Shown here: one piece after another, positions 23,151-33,717 of the stretch | Numbering within the stretch: position 1 is the stretch's first letter | Layout: each line of letters starts with the position of its first letter | Source: an uncultured delta proteobacterium | GTDB taxonomy: Bacteria > Myxococcota_A > Polyangia > Fen-1088 | Assembly: GCA_963737265.1 (NCBI GenBank) | Contig: CAVTRY010000002.1 | Location: 1 to 64,000, forward strand | Direction of reading: 5' to 3' | Length of the DNA: 64,000 nucleotides | Program-made: the position numbers and the translations under genes | Notes under the pieces: generated by a model | The model's input: the letters and a program-made list of their open reading frames with translations, nothing else | Databases searched by the model: none | What the model was told of the DNA's origin: nothing

Positions 23151-23317
23151 GGGCAGCGTGCCTACGCCACCCGCCCCCGGACCTTTTCGGCGCTAAGGCG
23201 TTCGATAGGGCGACAGCTGGTTGCGGTGGCCGAGTGACCATCTCCGTACCAACGAGGGAAGGCTGGTCGTGAAAGACCCGGCGAAGGTCGCGTCGTATCC
23301 GTAGAAATCCCTTGGGG

Positions 23318-26300
23318 CTAAGGGCAGGTGCTCGCGACGCCGGACCAGTGAAGCGCGTCCCACGTATGGCCAGTCCCGGAGATGTTGAAGGTGAAGGCGC
23401 CATTGCTAGCGGCGGGCAACGTCCCACCGCAGGTCACCGGCTGGCCGTTGACGGTCACCGTGCGGGTAGTGTCGGCGGCGGGGAAGCTGTCGCATCCCCA
23501 ACCAAATTGAAGACCGTTGCACGTGACGAAGCAGACCGGCCCTGTGGTGTTGAATGTGTATTGACCCACTCCGCTACCGAACACCTGGCAGGCGCGCGGT
23601 GTAGCCGCAAGAGGGGGACTCGAATTGGGCGAGCTACAATTTCCATCGGTTCCGGTCTGGGCAGCTACCTCGTAGAAGTACGTCGTGTCGTTGGTTCGAC
23701 CGGTGTCGACGAAACTTGCGGTCGGCGAGGTCCCGGCAGAGGTATAGGTGCCGCCGCTGCTGGTGCTGCGCAGAATGTTATAGGCCGTGGCTCCCGTCGA
23801 AGCTGTCCAGGTTAGCGAGACCTGACCTGAAGTTCCAATTGTCGCGGCCAAGCCAATCGGTGCCATCGGTATTGTGCACGACATGGCCGATGCCGCCGGG
23901 GTGGAATTGTCGGAGGCGCAGGTGCCGCTAGCGTTGCTGGCGCTGACCGTGTAGAAATAGGTGTTGCCGGGGGTCAGCGCGACGGGTTCGGTGAATGTGG
24001 CCGCGGTCTGATTGGTGCTGATTGGCGTGAAGGTGCCTGTGGCGGCCGTATTGCGCGATACCGTGTACGCCGTGGCGCCGGCGGAGGTGTTCCATGTCAC
24101 CGTGATGCGGCCGTTGGCATCGTTGTTGGTCGCCACGACGCCGGCTGGTGGCGGTGGCGGCGTGCACACCGGCTTGGCAGATGCCTCGGAGGAATTGACC
24201 GAGGTGCATGTGCTGCCGGCGCTCACCACGTAGTAATAGGTCGTGCCGTTGACCAAAGCGGCATCGCTGTCGACAAACGCTGTGGTGGGGGCAGTGACCG
24301 CACCCACGGAAACGTACCCCGTGCCGCTGGTCGTGCTGCGGGCGATTCCGTACGAGGTCGCGCCGGCAGCAGCGGTCCAGGTCAACAATACCTGCTGGTT
24401 GCCCGCTGTGGCTACCAAGCCGGTGGGCGCTGCTTGCGGGCAGATGAACGCGGGTGTCGCCGATTTTTCGGCTGAATTGGCCGAGCTGCACGTTCCGTTG
24501 CTGGCACTAACCACGAAATAGTACGTCGTTCCGTCGGTCAGGTCGATGTCGGTGTAGGCGGTGACGGTTGGCGTGGCGACGGACGTGTAAGGTCCGCCTG
24601 AAACCGTGCTGCGGCCAACGGAATATGACGTCGGGGCTGGCGTGGACGCGACCCAGGTTAGCGCGACTTGGGTGTCTCCTGGAGTTGCCACCAGGGTTCC
24701 AGGTACTGGCGGCGGCGTGCACACGGGCGTTGCCGGTATTGCGACGGTATCGGCGGAACTACATGAGCCGTTGCTCGCGCTGACCACATAGTAATAGGTT
24801 GTCCCGTTGGTCACGCCGACGTCGGTGTAGCCGATGCCAGCAGGGGTTGCGATGGACGTGAAAGGGCCTGCGGCAGCCGTGCCGCGCGACACTCGGTACA
24901 GGGCGGCTCCGCCGGTCGACGCAGTCCATGCCAGCACGACTTGCTTGTTGTCCGGAGTCGCCGTCACGTTGGTCGGAACCGACGGCGGCACGCAGAGTGG
25001 CGCGGCCGGCACTTCAATGGAATTGACGGAATTGCACGAACCGTTGCTGGCGGTAATGACGTAGTAGTAGGTCGTGCCGTTGGCCACGGTCGTGTCGGTG
25101 AAAGCTGGGGTGGACGAATTGCCGACCAGCAGATAGCCAGACCCCGAGGTGGTACTGCGAAGAACCCGGTAGGAAACGGCACCTGTGGGAGCTGTCCAAG
25201 CCAACGCAACCGCTCCGTTGTTGGGGGTCGCCACGATTCCTGTCGGGGCGGCTGGCGGCGTGCAAGTCGGCGCGGCGGAAACCTCGACGGAGTTACCGGA
25301 GCTGCAAGTGCCATTGCTGGCGGAAATCACGTAGTAGTAGGTCGTTCCGTTGACGACGTTGAGGTCGCTGAAGGTGGTGCCGACGCTGGCGACCTGAATG
25401 GTTGCGTAGCCCGTGCCGGAAGTTATGCTGCGTGCGATTGCGTAGGAGGTGGCGCCGGTCGAGGCTGTCCAAGACAGGGTGACCTGGCCGTTGCTGGCGA
25501 TCGCCGTCACCGTCGGGGCAGGCGGTGGCGTGCAGGTGGGACCGGTCGGGATGGCCGATACAACGGTCGAGTTTGCCGACTCGCAGGTAGCGACGGTGTT
25601 GACCGACGAGACGACGTAGAAATAGGTCGCTCCGCTGGTAAGTCCAACGTCGAGGTAGGGTGAGGCCGCTGCCGTGGGCGTGCTGCCGAGAGTGGTGTAA
25701 CCGGAACCGCTCGTGGCACTTCGCTTGACATTGTAGCCGGTCGCACCTGTGGCTGCGTTCCACGAAACCGTGGCTTGCAAGCTGCCGGGAGCGGCTGCCA
25801 CACCTGTTGGTGTGGGTGGACGGGAATAGGCAACGTCGGTCGGACAGGCCGCGCTGGATCCGGTGCACGTTTCGGCGGGGTCGCATTGGTTGCCGTCCGC
25901 GGAAGCTCGGCAAACCGTAGTTGCCGGCGCCAGCGAGTCGACTGGGCAGGTCGCGCTCGAACCCGTGCAACTCTCGGCGACGTCACAGAGCCCGGCCACC
26001 TTGCGGCAAACCGTACCCGCGGACTCGAAAGCATCGCTCGGGCAGGCCGTGCTCTTTCCGGTGCACGTCTCGACGATGTCGCAGTCGCCGGCCGATACGC
26101 GACAAACGGTGCCAGCGGTCGCAAATCCGTCGGCCGGGCAAACGGTAGTGACGCCGTCGCAAACCTCGGCTACGTCGCACAGGTCGGCCGCCGCGCGGCA
26201 CACGGTGCCAGCGGGGGCAGGTTGTCCGGCGATGGTACAAGCACCCACGATCGCGTCGGCCGGCTGGTCGGGAGTTGCATCAGGCGTTGCACTGGGTTGG

Positions 26301-26581
26301 TCGGGCGCCGCGTCCGGCGTGGCCGTCGCGTCTGGCGTGTCAAATGTTGCATCCGATCCATCAGGCGTTGCCCCTGGTGGTTCGGACGCCGCATCCCGTC
26401 CGGTTGCATCCGATCCGTCCGGGCCAGCAGCCACGATGTCGTTCGGGCGCGCATCTGAATTGCTGGGCTTGTTGAGGCAAATATCGTTAGCCGCACATGC
26501 GGAAACGGTGACGGGCTTGTCGAGATTGACGCAAGCGCCGACGGTCGCCACCGTCCAAACAACAACCAGGGCTGTGCGCAT
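23318..26581 (-). CDS. large surface lipoprotein: Asp/Pro linker, 4 disintegrin-like Cys repeats, ~8 fibronectin type III domains, small C-terminal domain
   Basis: VGAC lipobox; CR..A..CD..E.C.G....CP.D x4; repeated L.W.A..GA.SY...RS...G.Y...D..V.NGTTYYY. Confidence 0.88.
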   Translation of the reverse strand: MRTALVVVWTVATVGACVNLDKPVTVSACAANDICLNKPSNSDARPNDIVAAGPDGSDATGRDAASEPPGATPDGSDATFDTPDATATPDAAPDQPSATPDATPDQPADAIVGACTIAGQPAPAGTVCRAAADLCDVAEVCDGVTTVCPADGFATAGTVCRVSAGDCDIVETCTGKSTACPSDAFESAGTVCRKVAGLCDVAESCTGSSATCPVDSLAPATTVCRASADGNQCDPAETCTGSSAACPTDVAYSRPPTPTGVAAAPGSLQATVSWNAATGATGYNVKRSATSGSGYTTLGSTPTAAASPYLDVGLTSGATYFYVVSSVNTVATCESANSTVVSAIPTGPTCTPPPAPTVTAIASNGQVTLSWTASTGATSYAIARSITSGTGYATIQVASVGTTFSDLNVVNGTTYYYVISASNGTCSSGNSVEVSAAPTCTPPAAPTGIVATPNNGAVALAWTAPTGAVSYRVLRSTTSGSGYLLVGNSSTPAFTDTTVANGTTYYYVITASNGSCNSVNSIEVPAAPLCVPPSVPTNVTATPDNKQVVLAWTASTGGAALYRVSRGTAAAGPFTSIATPAGIGYTDVGVTNGTTYYYVVSASNGSCSSADTVAIPATPVCTPPPVPGTLVATPGDTQVALTWVASTPAPTSYSVGRSTVSGGPYTSVATPTVTAYTDIDLTDGTTYYFVVSASNGTCSSANSAEKSATPAFICPQAAPTGLVATAGNQQVLLTWTAAAGATSYGIARSTTSGTGYVSVGAVTAPTTAFVDSDAALVNGTTYYYVVSAGSTCTSVNSSEASAKPVCTPPPPPAGVVATNNDANGRITVTWNTSAGATAYTVSRNTAATGTFTPISTNQTAATFTEPVALTPGNTYFYTVSASNASGTCASDNSTPAASAMSCTIPMAPIGLAATIGTSGQVSLTWTASTGATAYNILRSTSSGGTYTSAGTSPTASFVDTGRTNDTTYFYEVAAQTGTDGNCSSPNSSPPLAATPRACQVFGSGVGQYTFNTTGPVCFVTCNGLQFGWGCDSFPAADTTRTVTVNGQPVTCGGTLPAASNGAFTFNISGTGHTWDALHWSGVASTCP

Positions 26582-26902
26582 CGGGCTCCTTAGCGTCACG
26601 CGCCCAAGCTCAACACGACCGTTTGCACGCAACATTTTCAAAGCGACCCGATTCCGTTGGTTTGTTTCGCCTCCAGCACATCTTCATCAACACGTCCGAA
26701 AATGTTTAGTGACGCTGCTCCCGCCAGAGAAGGGGCAACGTCTTGAAACGACTCGGCGGAAAACTCTCGCCGAACGGCGTGTTACAGACGACGCCGGGCG
26801 ATCATACCGAAGTCGGGCAACTGCCGCCAAATGAATTGCGGCAGCCAACTACGACACGTGCTTGTCCACGATCGTGCCGAGGGCTGTGCGGCTTGAGCAT
26901 GC

Positions 26903-29027
26903 CTACGGCTTGCTTGCTTGTCTGGGGCTCACCCTCGCGCCGGCAGCTGGCCTGCCTGTAGTTCTTCCCGCAATCTTGTCCACGAGGACGACGCTGCTGT
27001 CCACCATAGGCATGGGTGCCATGGGCTGCCGGCCGCCTTGGTGGTTCAGCTCGCGGGTAGCCGCCTGGGCCACGTCAGGATCGTTGCTGCGGCCGAGTCG
27101 AGCCAGCAACCTTGTCGCGCGATCCGTGCCAAGGCGTCCCAGGGCGGCGATGGCGGTCACCAGGACGGCTGCCGGTGGCGACCTGTGCCCCAGCATGCGC
27201 CCAAGCAATCCGATGGGAGTGGCCAGCCGGCACAGGGCCGCCTCGGCGTCGGCGATGGGCAGCGTACCGGCCTCGCGTCGACGGGCCACGACTTCGATGG
27301 CCGCGCGCACGACTTGCGGCGGCGCTCCCCGAGCGTCCTTCGAGACCAGTTGGATGGCGCGCGGGATGATCTTTTCGCTGCCGACCCCGGTGGTGGCGCA
27401 TAGAAGGAGCGCGCGGATGCGCACGTTCTCGTCGGCGTCGGTCAATGCCTGCGCAACGTAGACCTCGGCGGCCGCCGGGCAGGCCGACGAGAGCGCGGTC
27501 AAGGCGTCACGCCGCACGCGGGCTGACCGGTGTTTGAGCTGACGGATGAAGGCATCGGCGGCGTTTTCGGGTGCCTTGCCTGTCACGCACGCAATCAGCA
27601 GGCGAGCGGCCTCTTCCTTTTCGATGTCTTGGTTGAGCGCTCGCAGCGCCGCCGCGACGCCGCGGCCCTTCATCTCCATCAGAATCCACGCCGCTGCTTC
27701 GCCCGCTTTGGCGTCGTCGCCCGTCGTGACCACGGACGCGGCCGAGTCCGCGGCGGTGTCTCCACCTTGCTCCAGCAACGCTAGTACCGACCGTCGGTCG
27801 CTTTGGTTTTCCGGAAAGGCGGACAACACGGCTTCGACGGTTGGGATGTCGAAGACTTCGGGCAGCGCCTTGGGCGCCACGGTCTTGATGCGTTCGAGGA
27901 TTCCCGTGGCTTGCACTGGCATTTGTTGAATAAAGGCATAACGCGCTGCCTTTTGCAGAATGCGCACGGGGCTGCTTTCGGGGCTACCCTTGGGCGGCTC
28001 CGCGGACATCGAGAGCCTCATGTCGTCGACCCAGGTCTCGGCCAGCACCCATTCCTGCAGTTCGACCGGCAGCCGGGTGATAGGCACGAGCTTCCGTCGG
28101 CACATTGTGCGCAAGGTTTCGTCAACTTGGCGTGACGACGGTTCCTTGAGCAGGCGCTCGGAGATGGCGCGCAAAATCGATGCGGCTGGGTCCGGCGGCG
28201 TCTCGGTCGCGGCGCCCGACTCGCGCAGGATCAGGGCTGTCGTTCCATGCAGCGAGGCGAGCGGTAGGCCGCGCACGACCAGGTCGAGCGCTCGGATCGC
28301 TCGCAGTGCCGGCGCATCACGCAGGAGTTGGTCGACGGCAGCGGACTGAAACAGCATCGAGCGAAGAATGTCGAACTTACGGAAGAAGGAATACGCCATA
28401 CCGATCGTCAGACGCTCGCTCTGATCGAGCACGCCGGTCGGGGCGGCTGGGCCTTGGGCAGAAGCGGTGCGCAGGTCGCGCGCCAGCCGTGCAAATGCCA
28501 CCCGCACCTGCCAGGGCATCTCGGGATGGGTTGGCGGCTGGTCGGCCTCGCACACCAGCGACACGTGCGTGACCTTCTTGTCCAGCAGGGCGCGGAGAAG
28601 GCCCTGGCCTTCGCTGGCCGGGGACTTCTCGACCGGTGGCTTGGCCACGACTTCCAGAAACGCATTCCACTCGGGCTCGGTGAGTCCGCGCGGAAAGCCG
28701 AGCACGACGAGCCCGCGCTGTTGCAAGAACTCGAGCAGTTGCAGGACGAAGGCACCGCCAACCGAAGGACCCACGATTCGGCGCAGCTCGATTCTCTGCG
28801 GCGAGGTGCCGTCGACCCAGAATCTCGGGCGGGCCACCCGCCACGGCTGGGGGACCGACGACGTACGCGATTTCCGGCTGGGTTCGTTGCAGCCGCCCAA
28901 GCTCCTTGAAGAGGCGGGCGCGAACCCGTTGAAAATTGGGACTTGCAGGATCGAACTGGGCGACGCGATTGAGCGCGCGCACCAGTGTCACGGTGAACTC
29001 AACGACCTGATCCGCGAGCGTGTTCAT
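26903..29027 (-). CDS. HEAT-repeat protein (frameshift at ~28830)
   Basis: LKHRSARVRRDALTAL, LTDADENVRIRALL, AIAALGRLG; N-terminus in ORF 28377-29027. Confidence 0.7.
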
Positions 29028-29226
29028 GCCTCGGCTCCTGTCCCGACCGGACGCCTCGCGAACCTCGCCCTCGAAGGCCGTGGGCTTGCTGCGCCAACAG
29101 CGTTTCCGCCTGACCGCATAACCCAGGATTCTACGTCAACCGGCGCGGGACCCAAGAAAACGCGGGAAACAAACGACCGACCAGTCGCTGGCGGGGGCGC
29201 CGGCGGGGGCTGCCTCTTTAGGTTAG

Positions 29227-29994
29227 TTAGCTAGCTCGCCGCGATCTGATGCCATCCAGCTCGTCGAAGAACTTGGCGGTCGTGGCGATGCCGTTCTCCA
29301 AGGATTCGACGATCAGAACGAGCAGCCCGTCGTTGTCGTGGCGGAGCGCCTCGTAGTAGCGCTGCCGATCGATGGAGTGAATGATGGCGGGCAAGTATTT
29401 CGCGCGCAGAAGAACATAGTTGGTCAGAAGCCTGGCGACCTTGCCGGTGTTGTGTGTCCAGGGATAGGCGCGGAGGAGCTTGAGCTGCAGGCGCGTGCCA
29501 GCCATCACCGGATGAAGGGAGGAGAACTCGGACGAATCCAACCATTCCCCTAGCTTACGCATCATCTGCGCGATCTTATCGGGCGCACAGATTTCGTGGT
29601 AGTAAAGCCGGTGCAGCGGATTTTCCTTGCGATAGGGAAAGCCCTTGGCTGCCGCATCGGGCGTCGCCAACGCGTAGAGCCGGCGGACGAATTCGAGATC
29701 CACGACCGGCGGCTTCTTCGAACGTGCCAGCTCGCGCAGATGATCCGCGGCGTGCTTGTGGTTTCGCACCTCTTCGTAGGTCGGAATCAGCGTGACGTCG
29801 CTGATAATCCGTTGGTCGATGGCGGCCTTGAGCTCCGAATACGAGAGAACCACGCCATCGAGGGCGTTGTCGTGGAAGAGCCATGAGACGTCCAGTTTGG
29901 CCTGGTAGTCGCGAATGACCTTCTCGTGAAAACCGCTCATCTTCTCAACGAGCGATCCCATCTTTGCGTCAAGCTCGAACAACCTCGCTTCCAT
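29227..29994 (-). CDS. Fic/Fido-domain protein with non-canonical active-site motif
   Basis: GAAGGAG RBS; HPV...YPWTHNTGKVARLLTNYVL...YYEAL. Confidence 0.8.
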   Translation of the reverse strand: MEARLFELDAKMGSLVEKMSGFHEKVIRDYQAKLDVSWLFHDNALDGVVLSYSELKAAIDQRIISDVTLIPTYEEVRNHKHAADHLRELARSKKPPVVDLEFVRRLYALATPDAAAKGFPYRKENPLHRLYYHEICAPDKIAQMMRKLGEWLDSSEFSSLHPVMAGTRLQLKLLRAYPWTHNTGKVARLLTNYVLLRAKYLPAIIHSIDRQRYYEALRHDNDGLLVLIVESLENGIATTAKFFDELDGIRSRRAS

Positions 29995-30387
29995 GGTCGA
30001 CCACTCCTTCTCCTTCAACCGGATTGCGGCTGAACCAGTTCTTGACACATGCGTTATTGCGCAAAATTTGCCTTTAGTCAAGCTGGGTTACGCGCGCCAT
30101 GTGTAGGAATGATGGTGTTTTGAATTACCATCTGATGTCTATGCGCCGTTTCCCTTACGGACTCCATCGAAGCAGACTGTCAATGAATCTGCTTGCAATC
30201 ATTAGGGAATTACTCTTCAAAAAAATTGACTTGGTGATTGGCGGCGGGATCATGGGCAGGCTTCGTGTGCCATGACCAACTGCCATCGCCGTCCTTCTAT
30301 TCCCTTGATGCACAGCGCGTTTCGCTCCTGTCACCGATGGCTTAAACTCGTCGAGTCATTGGCGAAGGCTGACCGACAGCGGAACCA

Positions 30388-31317
30388 ATGACCACGGAAT
30401 CCGTCAAGGACGCCGTTCACGTGCCCGTTCTTTTGAACGAGGCGCTGTCGTTCCTTGCGCCCGCCGCGGGCGGCGTCTATTGCGATGCCACGGTTGGACT
30501 CGGCGGTCACGCCACGGCTATCATGGAACGCTCGTCGCCCGACGGCAGGCTCATCGGGATCGACCGGGACCAGGACGCGCTCGATGTGGCGCGCGCCCGG
30601 CTGGCTCCCTTCGCGGCTCGCGCGGCGCTCGTGCACGCTCGATTTGGATCTATTCGTTCCGTCTTGGAAGATGCTGGTTTTCCGTCGCTCGACGGATGCC
30701 TGGTCGATCTTGGGGTTTCGTCGGTGCAGCTCGACCGCGCCGCGCGGGGATTCTCGTTTCGGCATTCCGGTCCGCTCGACATGCGCATGGACCAATCTTC
30801 CGGCGAGACGGCGGCTGATTTTCTGCGCCGGGCGGACGAGGTGGAAATTGAGAGAATCCTGCGCGATCTTGGCGAGGAACGATTTGCGCGCAAGATCGCC
30901 CGTGCCATCGTCGAAGCGCGCGACAAGGAAAACCTGTCCACCACCAGCGCCTTGGCCGGGCTCATCGCTCGCGTGGTGCCCCGGCGCGAGCGCAACAAGG
31001 ATCCCGCAACGAGATCGTTCCAGGCGCTGCGCATCGCCTTGAACGACGAGCTCGGCGAGATCGAACGATTCTTGACGGATGCTCCCGCCTGCTTGCGTCC
31101 CGGCGGCCGCCTCGTGGTGATCAGCTTTCACTCGCTCGAAGACCGCATGATCAAACGCCGCTTTCGGGCCCTGGCTGGCCGCGATGGCGATGCCTCGCCC
31201 GAGCCGCGCCTGCGTATCCTGACCAAACACGTCGTCACCGCCAGCGATGAGGAATGCGCACGCAACCCGCGGGCGCGTTCGGCCAAGTTGCGCGCGGTCG
31301 AAAGGGTGCTGTCGTGA
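30388..31317 (+). CDS. rsmH: 16S rRNA m4C1402 methyltransferase
   Basis: HVPVLL, DATVGLGGH, DLGVSS.QLD, ISFHSLED, NPRARSAKLR. Confidence 0.97.
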   Translation: MTTESVKDAVHVPVLLNEALSFLAPAAGGVYCDATVGLGGHATAIMERSSPDGRLIGIDRDQDALDVARARLAPFAARAALVHARFGSIRSVLEDAGFPSLDGCLVDLGVSSVQLDRAARGFSFRHSGPLDMRMDQSSGETAADFLRRADEVEIERILRDLGEERFARKIARAIVEARDKENLSTTSALAGLIARVVPRRERNKDPATRSFQALRIALNDELGEIERFLTDAPACLRPGGRLVVISFHSLEDRMIKRRFRALAGRDGDASPEPRLRILTKHVVTASDEECARNPRARSAKLRAVERVLS

Positions 31318-31661
31318 TCGCCCCGGCCGCCGCGCCCAAGGCCGTGGTCGAGTCCGAGGACGGCAGGCGACGGCTCAGCATGGGGCTGATTGGCCTGGTC
31401 GTACTGGGCGTGACCGCGGGAGCCATCGCGCACGTGGCGGTCCACGCCAAACGCATCGAGGTCGCCATCGCGCTCGGCAAGGAAGAGCGAACCTACCGCG
31501 CGTTGGTGGACGAACGCCGCCATCTCGAAATCGAGATCGGCATGCTGAAGGATCCGGCGCGCATCATCGCCATCGCGCGCGACCAGCTCGGCATGGGGCC
31601 GCCGGCGCCGGCGGACATTCGCGCGCCCGAAAGCAGGCCCGGCGAGGCGGGCAAGCGATGA
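31314..31661 (+). CDS. ftsL: cell division protein FtsL
   Basis: Single TM plus coiled coil, LKDPARI..IAR..LGM; between rsmH and ftsI. Confidence 0.85.
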   Translation: MIAPAAAPKAVVESEDGRRRLSMGLIGLVVLGVTAGAIAHVAVHAKRIEVAIALGKEERTYRALVDERRHLEIEIGMLKDPARIIAIARDQLGMGPPAPADIRAPESRPGEAGKR

Positions 31662-33709
31662 CGACCCGGTGGACGAAGTTTCGCGTGGCCCTGTTCGGGC
31701 TTGTGCTGCTCGGCCTGGCGCTAGTGGTTGGCCGGCGCGCGTTTCAGCTCCAGGTGCGCGAATCGGCCCAACTGCGCGAGTGGGCCGAGAACAATTACCT
31801 GCGCGAAATCGAGATTCCCCCGCAGCGGGGACGGATTCTTGACCGCAAAGGCAACGAATTTGCCTCGACGGCGGATTTGGATTCGGTGTACTGCAACCCG
31901 CGCCAGTTGGCGTACGTGGAGGACGGCAGCCGTAAGCTGGCCAAGGCGCTGCACCTGGATGCGCGCGACCTCGACAAAAGTCTGGCCGGCAAGCAGGCGC
32001 AGTATTTCGCCTGGGTCAAGCGGCGCGTGACCCAGGACGAAAGCAAGGCCGTGCTCGCGCTCGGTCTGCCGGGCGTTGGCATGCGCAAAGAGCCGCGGCG
32101 CGTTTACCCCAACGGCGAGCTGGCCGCGACCGTGGTCGGCCACGCCGGCCTCGACGGCCACGGCCTCGAAGGCGTGGAGCTGGGCTTCGACAAATCGCTG
32201 TGCGGGACGGGAATGGAAATCGTCGGGGTGCACGATCGCCTAGGGCGCGACCTGCTTGTGGATGGCGTGGTGGATTCGTCGTCGTCGGCCGGCAAGGATT
32301 TGGTGCTGAGCCTGGACCGCTATTTGACCTACGTCACCGAGCGCGCGCTGAGCGAGACGGTACAGAAGCACAACGCCAAGGCGGGCATGGCGGTGATGAT
32401 CGATCCCGAGACCGGCGAAATTCTGGCCATGGCCAGCGTGCCGTCCTACAACCCCAACGATCCGTCGGACGCGGCCAGGCGCGGGGCACGCAACCGCACC
32501 ATCGCCGATACCTTCGAGCCAGGCTCAACGCTCAAGACGTTCACCTTCGCGGCCGCGCTCAACGCCGGCAAAGTCAAGCCCGAAGACAAATTCGACTGCC
32601 AGATGGGGCAGCTCATGATCGGGAAGTTCCACATTCGCGACGATCACCCCAAAGGCGTGCTGACGGCCGCCGAGGTGTTCAAGCATTCGAGCAACATCGG
32701 CACTGTGAAGATCGCCCGGCGCATCGGCAAGGAAGCGCTGTGGAACGCGCTCAACCGCTTCGGCTTCGGCAGGCCGACCTACATGGGCTTGCCCGGGGAA
32801 CGGCGCGGGATTCTTCGCCCCGTCTCTCGTTGGGGCGAGATTGACTTTGCCACGCATGCGTTTGGCCAAGGCTTGACGGTGACGCCGGTGCAGCTCGCGG
32901 CCGGGTTCGCGGCCATTGCTGCCTACGGCATGTACCGTCCGCCTCTCCTGGCGCTGCACTACCTCGGCCCGGATGGCAAGCAAGAGCCGGTGGAACGCCC
33001 GGCCGAGGCACGCGGCGAAAGGCGCGTGATGTCCGAGAGCGCGGCGCGTACGCTGCTCGCCATCATGCAAGGCGTGACCGAGGACGGAACGGCCAAGGCC
33101 GCCGCAATCCCGGGCTACGCAGTGGCCGGCAAGACCGGCACGGCGCAGAAAGTTAGCAACGGTCGCTACGATCCGTCGAAGTTTCTTTCGTCCTTCGTCG
33201 GCATCGTGCCGGCCGACAATCCCCGGCTGGTCATCGCCGTGATGATCGACGAGCCGCAAGGGATCCACTACGGCGGCGTGGTCGCGGCGCCCGCGTTCAA
33301 AGCCATCGCCGAGGCGGCCTTGCGCTATCTCGGGGTGGCGCCGGTTTTCGCGCCGATGGCAAAGGCCGTCAAGGTCGCGCCGAAGCCGGCGCCGACGGAA
33401 GCCGAATCCGACGGGCCGGGCCTCGACGAGCCGGCATCGGTAGTGGCCAAGGAAGAGGACGGCGCGGACGGTGCGGCTTTGGCCGAGGAAGACGAATCGA
33501 TCGTCACGGGCGCAGACGGTGCGAGCACGTCGGTGGCCGTGCCCGATTTCACTGGGATGAGCATGGGCGAGGCCATCCGGGCCGCGCGCAAGGCTGGCGT
33601 GGAGCTGGTTCCCTCGGGAAGCGGCTTGGCCGCCAGCCAATCGCCCAAGCCCGGCTCGTTCGCGGCGGGCGCCCTTTGTCGCGTTTTCTTCCAGCGCGGA
33701 GGGGGCTAA
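31658..33709 (+). CDS. ftsI: penicillin-binding protein 3 with PASTA domain
   Basis: RGRILDR, EPGSTLK, SSN, KTGT, VPDFTGMS. Confidence 0.95.
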   Translation: MTTRWTKFRVALFGLVLLGLALVVGRRAFQLQVRESAQLREWAENNYLREIEIPPQRGRILDRKGNEFASTADLDSVYCNPRQLAYVEDGSRKLAKALHLDARDLDKSLAGKQAQYFAWVKRRVTQDESKAVLALGLPGVGMRKEPRRVYPNGELAATVVGHAGLDGHGLEGVELGFDKSLCGTGMEIVGVHDRLGRDLLVDGVVDSSSSAGKDLVLSLDRYLTYVTERALSETVQKHNAKAGMAVMIDPETGEILAMASVPSYNPNDPSDAARRGARNRTIADTFEPGSTLKTFTFAAALNAGKVKPEDKFDCQMGQLMIGKFHIRDDHPKGVLTAAEVFKHSSNIGTVKIARRIGKEALWNALNRFGFGRPTYMGLPGERRGILRPVSRWGEIDFATHAFGQGLTVTPVQLAAGFAAIAAYGMYRPPLLALHYLGPDGKQEPVERPAEARGERRVMSESAARTLLAIMQGVTEDGTAKAAAIPGYAVAGKTGTAQKVSNGRYDPSKFLSSFVGIVPADNPRLVIAVMIDEPQGIHYGGVVAAPAFKAIAEAALRYLGVAPVFAPMAKAVKVAPKPAPTEAESDGPGLDEPASVVAKEEDGADGAALAEEDESIVTGADGASTSVAVPDFTGMSMGEAIRAARKAGVELVPSGSGLAASQSPKPGSFAAGALCRVFFQRGGG

Positions 33710-33717
33710 AGAGGGCC

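Noticed and set aside
23600-25820. ~280-bp DNA periodicity as a non-coding array
   Set aside because: Explained by tandem FN3 domains in one ORF.
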